Below are positions 26,641-38,840 of a stretch of 49,257 nucleotides of DNA, in pieces. A model generated the notes under the pieces. It was not told where the DNA came from. It saw only the letters and a program-made list of their open reading frames with translations, and did no database searches. A program made the position numbers and the translations under genes. The DNA lies in contig NC_091289.1 in NCBI RefSeq assembly GCF_032444005.1, positions 172,808,744 through 172,858,000 of the forward strand, in the 5' to 3' direction. The stretch comes from Ranitomeya imitator (Eukaryota). Numbering within the stretch: position 1 is the first letter of the stretch; every line of letters begins with the position of its first letter.

Positions 26641-27343
26641 GGGTACCGTCACACTATACGATTTACCTACAATCACGACCAGCGATACGACCTGGCCGTG
26701 ATCGTAGGTAAATCGTAGTGTGGTCGCTGGGGAGCTGTCACACAGACAGCTCTCCAGCGACCAACGATGCCGAGGTCCCCGATGTTTACCCTGGTTACCA
26801 GCGTAAAAAAAAACAAACAGCACATACTTACATTCCGGTGTCTGTCCCTTGCCGTTTGCTTCCCGCACTCAGTGACTGCCGGCCGTAAAGTGAAAGCACA
26901 GCGGTGACGTCACCGCTGTGCTCTGCTTTCACTTTACGGCCGGCAGTCATTGAGTGCGGGAAGCAGACGGCAAGGGACCTGACGGAGACCGGAATGTAAG
27001 TATGTGCTGTTTGTTTTTTTTTACATTTACGCTGGTAACCAGGGTAAACATCGGGTTACTAAGCGCGGCCCTGCGCTTAGGAACCCGATGTTTACCCTGG
27101 TTACAAGCGAACGCATCTCGCTAGATCGCATCGCTAGATCGGTGTCACACACACCGATCTAGCGATGACAGCAGGAGATCCAGCGACGAAAGAAAGTTCC
27201 ATATGATCTGCTACGACGTACGATTCTCAGCAGGATCCCTGATCGCTGCTGCGTGTCAGACACAGCGATATCGTAACGATATCGCTGGAACGTCACGAAT
27301 CGTACAGTCGTAGCGATCGAAATGGCACTGTGTGACGGTACCC
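26641..27343. mobile_element. PIF/Harbinger-type palindromic MITE (703 bp) in btf3l4 intron 4
   Basis: TIR GGGTACCGTCACAC / GTGTGACGGTACCC; flanks TAA and TTA; ~280-bp internal palindrome centred on TGACGTCA (26905-26912). Confidence 0.88.
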
Positions 27344-28437
27344 TTAGGGAGGAGGCAAAAAAACAGGCAAAACTGGAAATGCAAGTGGAGTCAGCTCAAG
27401 AGTAGCGTGATTAATTCATGGCCATGTAATGAAGTTATCTGGAGCCTGCGAGCATTCGCTCTGCATTTGCAGCTACCCTGGTGTCAATATACCCATTGCA
27501 GGCAGCATGGAGGTCTGCGGCAGCTGTTGGCTATATTTATATATGTATTTACAGCACAGCCACCCTGAGTTCTGGACAGATTTAGAAATGAGTGAAAGCC
27601 AAGCCGTGTGTGAGATCAGCCAGGTGATCACAGCCACCTAAGAGGGATTACATTTCATAAGAACAGTTACCGATTGCTCTAAAAGTTCTCTCCTCGGAAA
27701 CAGAGAAATCTAGTTTTATAGTTCACTGCTCATTGCTTAGGACGCTGGTTTATTACCCAGATAGCACGCACACCGCTTGCAGGCTCCAGGCTTTACAGCC
27801 TGTTGGTAGCTCTTAGAAGCAGCTGCCAGCCCGGATTGCTGAAATGCAACCATCTTCAGTCCCCCCTGCGCTGCTCCCATGCTGCAGAGGTAAAGCTGCC
27901 TATGATAATAGCCTGGGAGAGGGCCGAGTTCGGCCCAGAGGTGAGACCATGCTGCTGCTGCTGCTCTGAGCTGTCAATCTTCAGGTGCACACACCCCCAG
28001 AACCAGAGGAGCACTGCGCTCCTGAGAAAATCCTTTTTAGCCCCTTACCGACCTCCACCGTACTATTACGGCGGAGGTCAGATCCCCTGCTTTGATGTGG
28101 ATTCCGGCGGTGAGCCCACCTCAAAGCCGGGACATGGCAGCTGTTTTGAACAGCTGACATGTGACCGCAATAGCGGCGGGTGAAATCGCGATTCACCCGC
28201 CGCTATTAACTAGTTAAATGGCGCTGTCAAATGCTGACAGCGGCATTTAACTGGTGCTTCCGGCCGCGCGGCCGGAAATGAGGGCATCGCCAACCCCCGT
28301 CACATGATCTTATTGTGAAATACTTGGTAGCTGCACGGTAGCCCAAACTATACAAGATGCATCAACCAGTTTACAATTCTTGTCTATCAGAATCCAAATA
28401 AACAACAGCACTTATACACTTATTTCTGGGCTCTTAC

Positions 28438-28639
28438 CCTGGCGGGGGAATTGTTCGGCTAGCTTGCGGAGACTTGTGAGGCTGTCGGCTCCCAGTTGAC
28501 TTAGGATACCTGGGAGCATTTCTGTGATCTGCTTGGCTTCTGCGTGACCATTAATTGCAAACGTGTTGGCAGAGAGGGAAGCCTGAACCTTGGGGTTGTT
28601 GAAATGGATAACTGTGCCGTCGTCTTTAATCATATTAAC
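28438..28639 (-). CDS. btf3l4: btf3l4 coding exon (NAC domain): [67 protein letters not shown]
   Basis: CGCAG| acceptor, G|GTAAGA donor, 202 nt; [11 protein letters not shown] and [11 protein letters not shown] match BTF3L4 rather than BTF3 as recalled. Confidence 0.97.
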
Positions 28640-28830
28640 CTGCGGCGTAAATCAGATTAAAAAATTAGGGGGAAAAAAAAACAAAACAAATCACTGTTGT
28701 CTAAAACACGATGTGCACGTCTCATGACGTAGTAAGCGATATCGGAAATGAAGCCCACATGCACGACGACCCACCAGCAAGTACAGAACATCATGGGTGC
28801 TTGATAGCCACATATTTTATACTAAATGGT

Positions 28831-30341
28831 AATAATTTTTATTTATGTAGCGCCAACATATTCCACAGCACTTTACAATTAAGCGGGTACATGTACAGAC
28901 AATAAATTTAGTACAAGTTAAGACAATTTAAACAGTGACATTAGGGGTGAGGTCCCTGCTCGCAAGCTTACAATCTAAAAGGAAATGGGGGGACACGATA
29001 GGTGAAAAGTGCTTGTTATTTCAGGTCTGGCAATTATAATAAATAGGGATTTTCACATAAAGCTGTATGATCCGGTCATCAGCGCAGTGCAGTGCAGTTA
29101 TCCGGTCATCAGTGCAGCGCAGTTATCGTGTGCATGGAGGGTGTGGGGACAGATGAATAGTAGGGTGCAGATTCACATGCAGATAATATTTGGAAGGAGG
29201 GAACAGGACAAAGTTAGTTTACTGAGTAGTTGATGTGGTAGGATTGTTTGAAGAGATGGGTTTTTAAAGCGCGCTTGAATAGGTTGGGGCTAGGCATCAG
29301 TCTGATCGTCTGGGGAAGTGCATTCCAGAGAGCTGGCGCAGCACGAGAGAAGTCTTGGAGACGGAGGTGCGAGGTTCGGATTACGGGGGGATGTTAGTCT
29401 TAGGTCATTTGTAGAACGGAGGGCACATGTAGGGCGATAGATGAGAGAGGAGATATAAGGCGGTGCAGAACTGTGGAGAGCTTTGTGGGTGAGAGATGAG
29501 TTTATACTGGACCCTGTAGCAAATGGGTAGCCAGTGTAATGACTGGCACAAGATGGAGGCATCGGTGAAGCGCCAGGACAGAAATATGACCCTGGCTGCC
29601 GCATTCAAGATGGATTGAAGAGGAGAAAGTTTGGAAAGAGGGAGACCGATCAGAAGAGAGTTGCAATAGTCCAGACGAGAATGAATAAGAGCGACAGTAA
29701 GAGTCTTAGCAGTTTCAAAGGTGAGAAAAGGTCGGATTCTGGAGATGTTTTTAAGATGCAGGTGACAGGAGCGAGTGAGCGATTGGATATAGGGAATCAA
29801 GGACAGTTCGGTGTCGAATATGACCCCAAGACAGCGGGCATGCTGCTTGGGAGTTATGGTTGAACCCTCCAGGGTAATTTCGATGTTGGGTAGAGTGAGG
29901 TTAGTAGAAGCGAGAAACACGTAGTTCAGTTTTGGAGAGATTTAGTTTCAGATAGAGGGTGGACATGATGTTATAGACAGCAGACAGACAATCCTTGGTA
30001 TTTTGAATTAGAGTGGGGTTGATGTCAGGGGAGAAGTGTATAATTGGGTGTCGTCAGCATAGAGATGGTACTGGAACCCAAATCTGCTGATTGTTTGTCC
30101 AATAGGGGCAGTGTATAGAGAGAAAAGGAGGGGGCCCAAGACTGAGCCCTGCGGAACCCCGATAGTAAGGGGACGAGGAGAGGAAGAGGAGCCGGCAAAA
30201 TATACAGTGAAGGAGCGGTCAGAGAGATAGGAGGAGAACCAGGAGAGGGCTGTGTCCTTGAGGTCTATGGAGCGGAGCATAGTGAGAAGGAGCTGGTGAT
30301 CCACAGTATCAAATGCGGCAGATAGATCCAGTGGTATGAGG
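28831..30341 (-). mobile_element. 5'-truncated L2 (CR1-clade) LINE in btf3l4 intron 3, sense to the gene
   Basis: RT motifs [33 protein letters not shown] (ORF 30008-30352); downstream CLGVIFD and SRLDYCNSLL (ORF 29405-29920); 3' tail at 28831. Confidence 0.93.
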
Positions 30342-30490
30342 GCATAAGGCATATTAGGGCATAAAGTAAAAAACTTCAGCCACTGTGCCTGTACTGGAAC
30401 AAGACATTCTGGTTTGGAGGAGAAGCAAGGGCAGAGCTTAAGACCAAACCTTTACTTCTTAATAGGGCTGCAATTATTAAGACCGCTTAC

Positions 30491-30604
30491 TTCCTCAATA
30501 CCAGCAATGTTATTTACTGCCAGTTTCTTGAGCGAGCTCTGAAGTTTCTTGTCATCTGCTGTCGCTGTTCTGTGTACAACCTTCTTCTTTCTGCGGGCTG
30601 TTCC
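30491..30604 (-). CDS. btf3l4: btf3l4 coding exon: [38 protein letters not shown]
   Basis: CTCTAG| acceptor, GAA|GTAAGC donor, 114 nt, phase 0/0. Confidence 0.97.
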
Positions 30605-31892
30605 CTAGAGGGAGACAAATATGGTCCTCAGTGAAATACAAATATAAGCCATTACCTGTGGATGTTAACCCCTGTGTCAGCGCTATAGAGAGCTTGTTAA
30701 CACTGCTGCACAGCTTTCTGCAATTCCATCATGGGGTGGGTTAGAAGTTTCTGATCGAGGTGACTGATCGCTGGGACCCCCTACGATAAGGAGAACAGGG
30801 GTCTCTTGAATCTCCCCCGTGCGAATAAAGTGCAGGTCATGTGGTTTGCTGCGCCACTCAATGCCGACAGGAGTGTAGGAGATGGCAGAGCACTGGATTA
30901 AACCATCGCTGACAATGGAGCAGCAGCATGTATGGGACTTGGGGACCCCTGTTCTCGAAATAGCTGGGGGGGTGGGGGATATCTGTGTGAAAGCCCAGCG
31001 ATCAGTAACACATTACCTATCCTATCCATAGGTGAAAGGATGAGTAACGCTTTAGGGATTGTCCAAAAAGAACACAACCAAGGTAAAAACTTGCTAATCG
31101 GCTGAGTCCGACTGCCGAGACCCTCACTGTTAACCGTGTTCTGAAATGTCTGGATATGTGTACTCTGCTCCATTCATTTTTTTATTTATTTTTTTTTTTT
31201 TAAGGGACTGCTGTGAAAAGCTGAGCACCGTACCCAGCCATCTCCAGCAGTCCCATAGACAATGAATGGAGCAGAGCGCACACGTCTGGCCACCTCTACA
31301 TTCAGATGGGGCATTCATTTATTCTTGGGATTGGTGGCAGCTGACTGTGGTTGAGAAATGGGCTTCCAACTACTGGCTGCTATAAGTTTTGCTTTGAAGC
31401 CCAAAATATTTCTCAGTTTTGGCATTTAATGATAAACAGTTGACCCTTTTTCAGACAAGTGTTCTGCCCTGGCTCCCGTTTGTTAACCCCCTAACGACTA
31501 GAGGTATTTTTGGTATTGCATTTTCATTTTTTGCTCCCTTATTCCAAGAGTCATAACTTTTTTACTTTTTGGTCAAAATGGCCATGTGAGGGCTTGTTTT
31601 CTTTGCAAGACGAGTAGTTCTTTTTAACACCACCATTGGTTTTAACATTTCGTGTACAGGAAAAAACGGGAAAAAAATTCAAACTATGGAAAAATTGCAA
31701 ATAAGTGCAATCCCACAGTTTTTTTTATGTTTTGCTTTTTTACTATGTTCACTAAATGCTAAAACTGAACGGTCATTACGAGTTCATAGACACCAAACAT
31801 GTCTAGGTTCTTTATCTAAGTGGTGAAAAAAAAATTCAAACTTTGTTAAAAAAAAAAAAAAAACAAACAAACAAAAAAAAAATTGCACCAGT

Positions 31893-32917
31893 GTGTAGTG
31901 GCTGCTCTCGGGTACTGAAGTGTACAAAGCTCTGCTCACCGTGTAGTGGCTGCTCTCGGGTACTGAAGTGTATAAAGCTCTGCTCACCGTGTAGTGGCTG
32001 CTCTCGGGTACTGAAGTGTACAAAGCTCTGCTCACCGTGTAGTGGCTGCTCTCGGGTACTGAAGTGTACAAAGCTCTGCTCACCGTGTAGTGGCTGCTCT
32101 CGGGTACTGAAGTGCACAAAGCTCTGCTCACCGTGTAGTGGCTGCTCTCAGGTACTGAAGTGTACAAAGCTCTGCTCACCGTGTAGTGGCTGCTCTCGGG
32201 TACTGAAGTGTACAAAGCTCTGCTCACCGTGTAGTGGCTGCTCTCGGGTACTGAAGTGCACAAAGCTCTGCTCACCGTGTAGTGGCTGCTCTCAGGTACT
32301 GAAGTGTACAAAGCTCTGCTCACCGTGTAGTGGCTGCTCTCGGGTACTGAAGTGTACAAAGCTCTGCTCACCGTGTAGTGGCTGCTGTCGGGTACTGAAG
32401 TGTACAAAGCTCTGCTCACCGTGTAGTGGCTGCTCTCGGGTACTGAAGTGTACAAAGCTCTGCTCACCGTGTAGTGGCTGGTCTCGGGTACTGAAGTGTA
32501 CAAAGCTCTGTTCTGTGTAGTGGCTGCTCTTGGGTACTGAAGTGTACAAAGCTCTGCTCACCGTGTAGTGGCTGCTCTCGGGTACTGAAGTGCACAAAGC
32601 TCTGCTCACCGTGTAGTGGCTGCTCTCAGGTACTGAAGTGTACAAAGCTCTGCTCACCGTGTAGTGGCTGCTCTCGGGTACTGAAGTGTACAAAGCTCTG
32701 CTCACCGTGTAGTGGCTGCTGTCGGGTACTGAAGTGTACAAAGCTCTGCTCACCGTGTAGTGGCTGCTCTCGGGTACTGAAGTGTACAAAGCTCTGCTCA
32801 CCGTGTAGTGGCTGGTCTCGGGTACTGAAGTGTACAAAGCTCTGTTCTGTGTAGTGGCTGCTCTTGGGTACTGAAGTGTACAAAGCTCTGCTCACCGTGT
32901 AGTGGCTGCTCTCGGGT
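31893..32917. repeat. 48-bp minisatellite, ~21 copies, in btf3l4 intron 2
   Basis: Unit GTGTAGTGGCTGCTCTCGGGTACTGAAGTGTACAAAGCTCTGCTCACC; two 46-bp variant units. Confidence 0.97.
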
Positions 32918-33306
32918 GCGGAAGCTCAGATCAATTCACTTCAGTGGGAGATGAGCTGCAGCACCAGTTAATTGTTCCTAGCTCACAATAATGAAGTATA
33001 AAAGTTGTCTGTATACATTAGTTGAAATTTAGATGAACCTATAAATTTAGAAATACTAAATATGTATTGGCAGAGCCCACAATGCACTAGGTTTTAGAAT
33101 TCCCAATCCTTAGTATATAATTATCCCAACATTCTGAAATAAATATGCGAGCTCAGCTGCTTAGGAGGGTCGTCAGAAATAGGCGACAGCTATCGAATAT
33201 GCATGAAGAGCTCAAGCATATTCAGCAACACCGTAAGGAACGGGGGAAAAAAAAAAAAGGAAGAGGGTTCACAGATTCACAAACCGTTATATATATGGAT
33301 ACTCAC

Positions 33307-33360
33307 CTTACCACCTATCCGGACCTGAGCTTGAAGTTTTGCTAGTTTTTCTTGATTCAT
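33307..33360 (-). CDS. btf3l4: btf3l4 first coding exon: MNQEKLAKLQAQVRIGGK (exon starts at 33367)
   Basis: TTTGTAG|GTTCACCATG acceptor and Kozak-like start; AAG|GTGAGT donor. The five exons join to 158 aa. Confidence 0.97.
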
Positions 33361-33484
33361 GGTGAACCTACAAATAAATTCAAAATTAATTAAAAGAAAA
33401 ATAATAATCATGAGCAGACTAAACATCTCCATAAATGACATATCTGTGGGCACAATACATAAGTAGCTCATTTAGAGCTATTAA

Positions 33485-35995
33485 CCCTCCGTCACATACA
33501 ACTGATCTGACAGGCGCTTCTCTTTTACTTTCATTTCTCCTTCCTCACCAGATTGTGAGGAAACCCCCTCCCTCCAGGTAGTCTCCTGTCTCTTGAAGGT
33601 CTGTGAAACCTGATATCACAGTTGGATTTCAGAGCTTCAGGGGAGAGGATATAGCTGCACAGATCTCTCAGGCTCATTGTATGTGAATACGTCACATTCA
33701 GTAAGGTTGGTATTTTATGTTTTTATTCATCACAATAGTTTATTTAGCTTGTTTTATGAATGTATAGCACAAAATGTGAGGATATTTCATAGAAATAAGG
33801 GAGATTTTATAAAAGAAAGTGTGCTGCTCAGGCATATACAGTAGTTCCCTAACATATTCCTTCTCTTGCTTCAGATTATCTGCTGAAATGGAGAGGAAAA
33901 TGTACAATTTATCCAAACAACTTGATGTTGAGGAAGTAACAAACATGCTGTTAGATGATAGAGACCTCACACTGAATGAGGATTTAGGAGAGGAAAGTGA
34001 GATTGATTCTCATGATGAGGTGGAAGAATGTGTCCTGGATTCTGAAACAGCAAGATGGTGACAGTGGTGAGGATGAAGAAGTTGGATTATATTATATTGG
34101 AAAAGATAAAAATACTAAATGGAACAAGAAGCCATTCCAGAAAAAACGTAGGGAACCTTTAAACATTATTACTCACCTTCCTGCAGTAATAGGAACTGCA
34201 CGTAATGCAAAAACTGCAGTTGAATGCTGGAACAGTATATTTACAGATGACATTCTGGACTCTATTGTCACATATACCAACCAATATATAGACATTATAA
34301 AGGACAAGTACATCTGCAACAGAACCATCAAGCCCACAGATGAAATAGAACTGCGTGCTTTTTTTCGATTACTGTACCTTGCAGGAGCTTATAGGGCAAA
34401 TAGACAAAGTTTGGAGGAACTTTGGGGTAAAGATGGGGATGGAGTTGAAAAATTTAGCCTTGTTATGTCCATAAACAGATTCAAGATTCTAATTCGTTGC
34501 CTTCGGTTTGACGACAGAACTACCCGAACCGAACGCAAAACACATGACCGACTTGCTCCAATTCGTGATATATTTCAAAGATTTGTTGTAAACTGTAAAC
34601 AAAGTTATTACCCTGGAGAGAATCTCACTGTTGACGAAATGCTCCCTGGTTTTCGTGGTAGATGTGCCTTTCGTCAATATATTCCATCAAAGCCAAACAA
34701 ATATGGAATAAAAATGTATGTCCTTGTTGATGCCAGTAAGACCTACACTTACAACCTGGAAGTTTATGCAGGAAAACAACCAGAAGGTCCTTACTGTGTG
34801 AGCAACAAACCCATTGATGTTGTAAAAAGACTGGCTGAACCCTTATTTGGATCGGGTCGCAATATTACAGCTGACAATTGGTTTACAAGTTGTGATCTGA
34901 TTGATTATCTGAAAATTCAGAAGCTGTCATATGTGGGAACTGTAAGAAAAAGCAAAAGGGAATTGCCGCCACAGTTTGTAAGTGTGAAAGAGAGACAACA
35001 GTACAGCAGTATGTTTGCATTCCATAATGGAAAGGCTTTAGTTTCCTATGTACCACATGCCAAAAAAAATCGTACTTCTTCTATCAACACTTCATGATGA
35101 TGCTGCCATCGATCCTGGGACTGGGGCAGAAAAAAAACCGGAGATAATTACATTTTACAATGCCACCAAAGGGGGTGTGGATACAGCAGATCAGATGTGC
35201 TCCACTTTCAACGTCAGCAGAAACATCAAACACTGGCCAATGGTCATATTTTTTGCTATGTTGAATTTGGGTGGTATAAATTCACAAGTAATTTATCTTG
35301 AAAACAAGCTTGAACCACTCCGTAGACGATTGTATCTGAAAAAATTGGCCCATGAACTAGTACTTGGAGAGCTACGCAGGAGAAGCGTGAAAACAATCGG
35401 TATCCCCTCTCGCCTTCAAGTTCAGCTCAAAAGGTTCCGCCCAGAAGATGATGGTGAAAAGTCACCATCTGCACCACCTCACAAAAGAAGGAGATGCACC
35501 ACCTGCCAAACGGAAAGCACAACCAGAAGGCTTTCAAATTATGAATGTCTCAAATGTCATAAAGCAATTTGCCTGACACATGCAAAAATGGTGTGTAATT
35601 CTTGCTATTTGCTCTGCAAGTGTGACTTTTCTGGGGAAACCTCAGCATCTACTTCTGATTGAATATGTTTTTAATAGTACTTAAGGTACCTTAAAATTAA
35701 GTTTGTGTTCAAAAATTTTCTTTGTACATTTTTTTGAGAGAGTCGAACTGGGGACTATTTGGCGGGAGTTTTGAAAAGTTTGTATTTCATAGTTATTAGT
35801 TTTATGTTAAGTAAATGTTTTTTTTTTGCAACTGATTATGTGTAGTCTCTTTTATTACATCCCTATGAAGGTCACTGATCACTTTTAGAGCACTGAAATT
35901 GCAAACATTAGATATTATAGGTATTTTTCCAGCAGGCGCCTGACAGGCACATTGTATGTGAACTCGTTAGTCCGAATATTGTATGTGACGGAGGG
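33485..35995 (+). mobile_element. Full-length piggyBac transposon (2511 bp), antisense in btf3l4 intron 1
   Basis: TTAA TSD (33481-33484, 35996-35999); perfect 17-bp TIR CCCTCCGTCACATACAA. Confidence 0.96.
33888..35662 (+). pseudogene. piggyBac transposase, ~591 aa when two frameshifts (~34050 and the A8 run ~35062-35069) are corrected
   Basis: Catalytic motifs TVDEM, TADNWF and GGVDTADQ present; C-terminal Cys-rich domain RRRCTTC...CLKCHKAICLTH...C. Confidence 0.9.
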
Positions 35996-38340
35996 TTAAA
36001 AGGCCAATAGCCACCTTCTGCTGTTTCCAGCGCTGCTTCGTCCTCATATGGATCAGGTGACTAGAACCATCACCAGCCGGATCACTACAGTATCTTCTGT
36101 GTGGGCCAGAAGTCACTTTCTCTATGTAAAGACTTAGAACAAGGACCTCAGACTTACACATATGTTCCGAGGTGTGAGCAGGAAAGAAAAAGCTGAAGTC
36201 ACCTGATGCAAGAAAGGGACCAGAGAATCGCTGGAATCAGCAGACGACGTGCGACCTGGAATATTTTACCGCACAAATTCACGTCAGGTCATGTTCTAGG
36301 CAGCACATGCTCAGATTACACAGGATTATGTGCTGCCGAGAACAGTGATTATTAAGCAAGCTTAAAAATAACCTAACAAGCAAAACGCTGAGAGTGATTG
36401 CTAGGCTGAATATAGGTTGCAATTATTGCATGCCCATCACAAAGTGTCATTGTCTGGAAACCTTTCAGCATCTCTTTATAGGGCAATTAATAGTAATGCA
36501 CAAATCCCAAGCTACAAACTTGCCAGCGTCACCCAGCCTACCTAACCCTGCTCCACCCAGAGGAGATTTTAATTAAGAGTGGATACATGTCGCTAGTGGT
36601 GGGAAATATCCCGGGAGGATTTATTTCATCCAGACATCAGGTAATCACTATGCTCTCCGCAGAATAAAGCAAAATCCTGTTGTAAAGAAAAGCAAATGGC
36701 AGGGAGCAGACAAAAAATGGAAGCACCAGATCAGCATTTCTCAGTTGTCAGGGTCAGAGAGCGGTCACTACTATCCCCAGGGAGGATCACGTTTTTACTA
36801 CAGAGGAACAGAAGAGCAACTAAACTTAGGGTCTAATCCGACGGTGCGGAAAAAACTGCATAAAAGCCAAGTGTTATTGCAGTTTACACATAAAAAAAAA
36901 AAAAAAAAATGCAAAAATGCAACAAACACACATGTAGTTGTGACTGCACTTAAAAAGAAACTTTCAGCGTTATAACTACACAGTTTGTCATGAGGCGAAA
37001 AATTAATTAATGGGGATTGCAAGCTAAAGAAGCGTACGGAGAAATATGCACGTCCGTGCCAGGGCTGCGGAGTCGGGAGTCCATTTTGGTGTCATGGAAA
37101 TTGAGGAGTCGGGAAGTTTGGCTTTAAAGACTCCAGTCCTGTCAGCCCTCGGTAGAAAAAGGTTTAGAAACCCTGATCTAGTTTATCGGGAGGTCCTGAC
37201 ACTTCCTTGACAGCAGACGCCAAGAAAATTGTTAGTCTGTTGGATTTTAAAGTGTCATGTCCTGTCTTGTTCTCTCAGGAGATAAGCAAACAGAGGGAGT
37301 AAACCGCCAGCAGACAACTCTCCTATCTCCAATATAACAACACGTATGATCCTTTGGGCTGTGGGTAAATGCCTACATGGAAGTCAGGGGGAATAGTTGT
37401 CAGATGGACAAGAAAAGCTATTGCTACAGGTTGAATGTTAAGACCCTTTCACATGGTCATGATGATGAATGACCAGTGGAAAAGAGATAATATCTATTCT
37501 AATATATATATATATATATAAAAGGGGGAAAAAATTCTAATTTGATGTCGGCAGCACATTGCCCCATGTTAACAGGGGACCAAAAATACGGAAACAGTAT
37601 GAAGACGGAACAATTGCAGTTACGATCCTTTTGCCACAGCTTGTGACTGGTATGTTACCCATGCCCATGTTACTGGCAGAAAGCTTTAGAGCAAGATGCA
37701 ATGAATACTACTAACTTTGCTGCATGGCAAAGGTAGAAATCTGGAATCACATTTTCTTTGCAGAATATGGACGGGATGTTGTAAAGTGCCATCCACACTG
37801 CTGTTACTGTAACCTGCGGCAGGACCTTCCTTCTGGTCAATCCACTGCACCAATAACCTAAGGGGACGCACATTCCCATAGAAATTAATGGAACTATTCA
37901 CGCATCCACATTGACGAATCCAGATCTGCTAAACGTAGTGCAGTACTATCCTCACCCTTTGTCGCAGATCAGCTCAATCTACAAGGCTCTATTAATAACC
38001 AAAAAGTACAAGGAATCCACTAGCTTGTAAAGAATCAATTTGTTCTATCCGCAACATAGGGGCAGCTGTCCAAATGTCCTTTAAAAGTGCACACATCCTC
38101 GGGCCGGGCACTGGACAGATCTCGGGTATCGTCTATGGAAATGTGATGTCCTATTATAATACCCAAAAATTACATAGTGAATGCTAAACGGCGTCAGTGA
38201 CATACAGAGGGGACTGTTGACTTTGGGGAGAAGACCCACAGCTAGTCTAGATAGTCAAACTTGAACATGTGAAACTGGTGTTATGAGGGTAGTAGTTTTG
38301 GGATCCCCCTCATCAGGTTAATGGAGGTTCATATATAACA

Positions 38341-38578
38341 CATGTGGCTCAGTGGTTAGCATTATTGCTCTATAGTCCTTGGATTAAATCCCACCAAGGA
38401 CAACATCTGCAAGTAGCTTGTATGTTCTCCCCGTGTTTGTGTGGGCTTCCTCCAGGTTCTCCTGTTTCCTCCCACACTCCAAAGACCTACTGATGGGGAA
38501 TGTAGATTGTGAGCCCCAATGGGGACAGCGATGATGTCTAAAGCGTTGCAGAAAAGCGCTATATAAGTAAAGCAGAAT
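38341..38578 (+). mobile_element. tRNA-derived SINE, degenerate
   Basis: GTGGCTCAGTGGTTAGC head; body GTATGTTCTCCCCGTGTTTG...CTCCCACACTCCAAAGAC; tail AGCGCTATATAAGTAAA; homologous to 39026-39297. Confidence 0.8.
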
Positions 38579-38840
38579 ATTTTTCTTACACCATAAGATA
38601 TTACTCATTCATTATTGTGTTTACACTTTTTTTTTTTACTGAAGTAAAAATGGTTCTAACATTGACTTATCTAATCTGTATTAATTATTTAATCCACTTT
38701 TTTTTTAAGTTAACTTCAAATTTCTTTTTATTTGTTTGATATATTTTTAAATCAAACTCATGTTATAGCCCAAGTCATTTGCATTGGTGATGCAGTTGGC
38801 ACTCCGCCCTGGTGGGTTAGGAAAATCCTCGCTATATTAA

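Noticed and set aside
31843-32520. 225-aa Cys-rich, metallothionein-like ORF on the plus strand
   Set aside because: Non-ATG start in a poly-A/T flank, and the 46-bp variant units break the frame, so there is no sign of coding selection.
31893-32917. CRISPR-like appearance of the regular 48-bp, 19-bp and 60-bp arrays
   Set aside because: Head-to-tail units with no unique spacers, eukaryotic context, no cas genes.
38281-38330. Hammerhead-ribozyme-like CTGATGAGGGGGATCCCAAAAC on the minus strand
   Set aside because: The GAAA core is AAAA, and neither stem I nor stem III with an NUH site can be formed.
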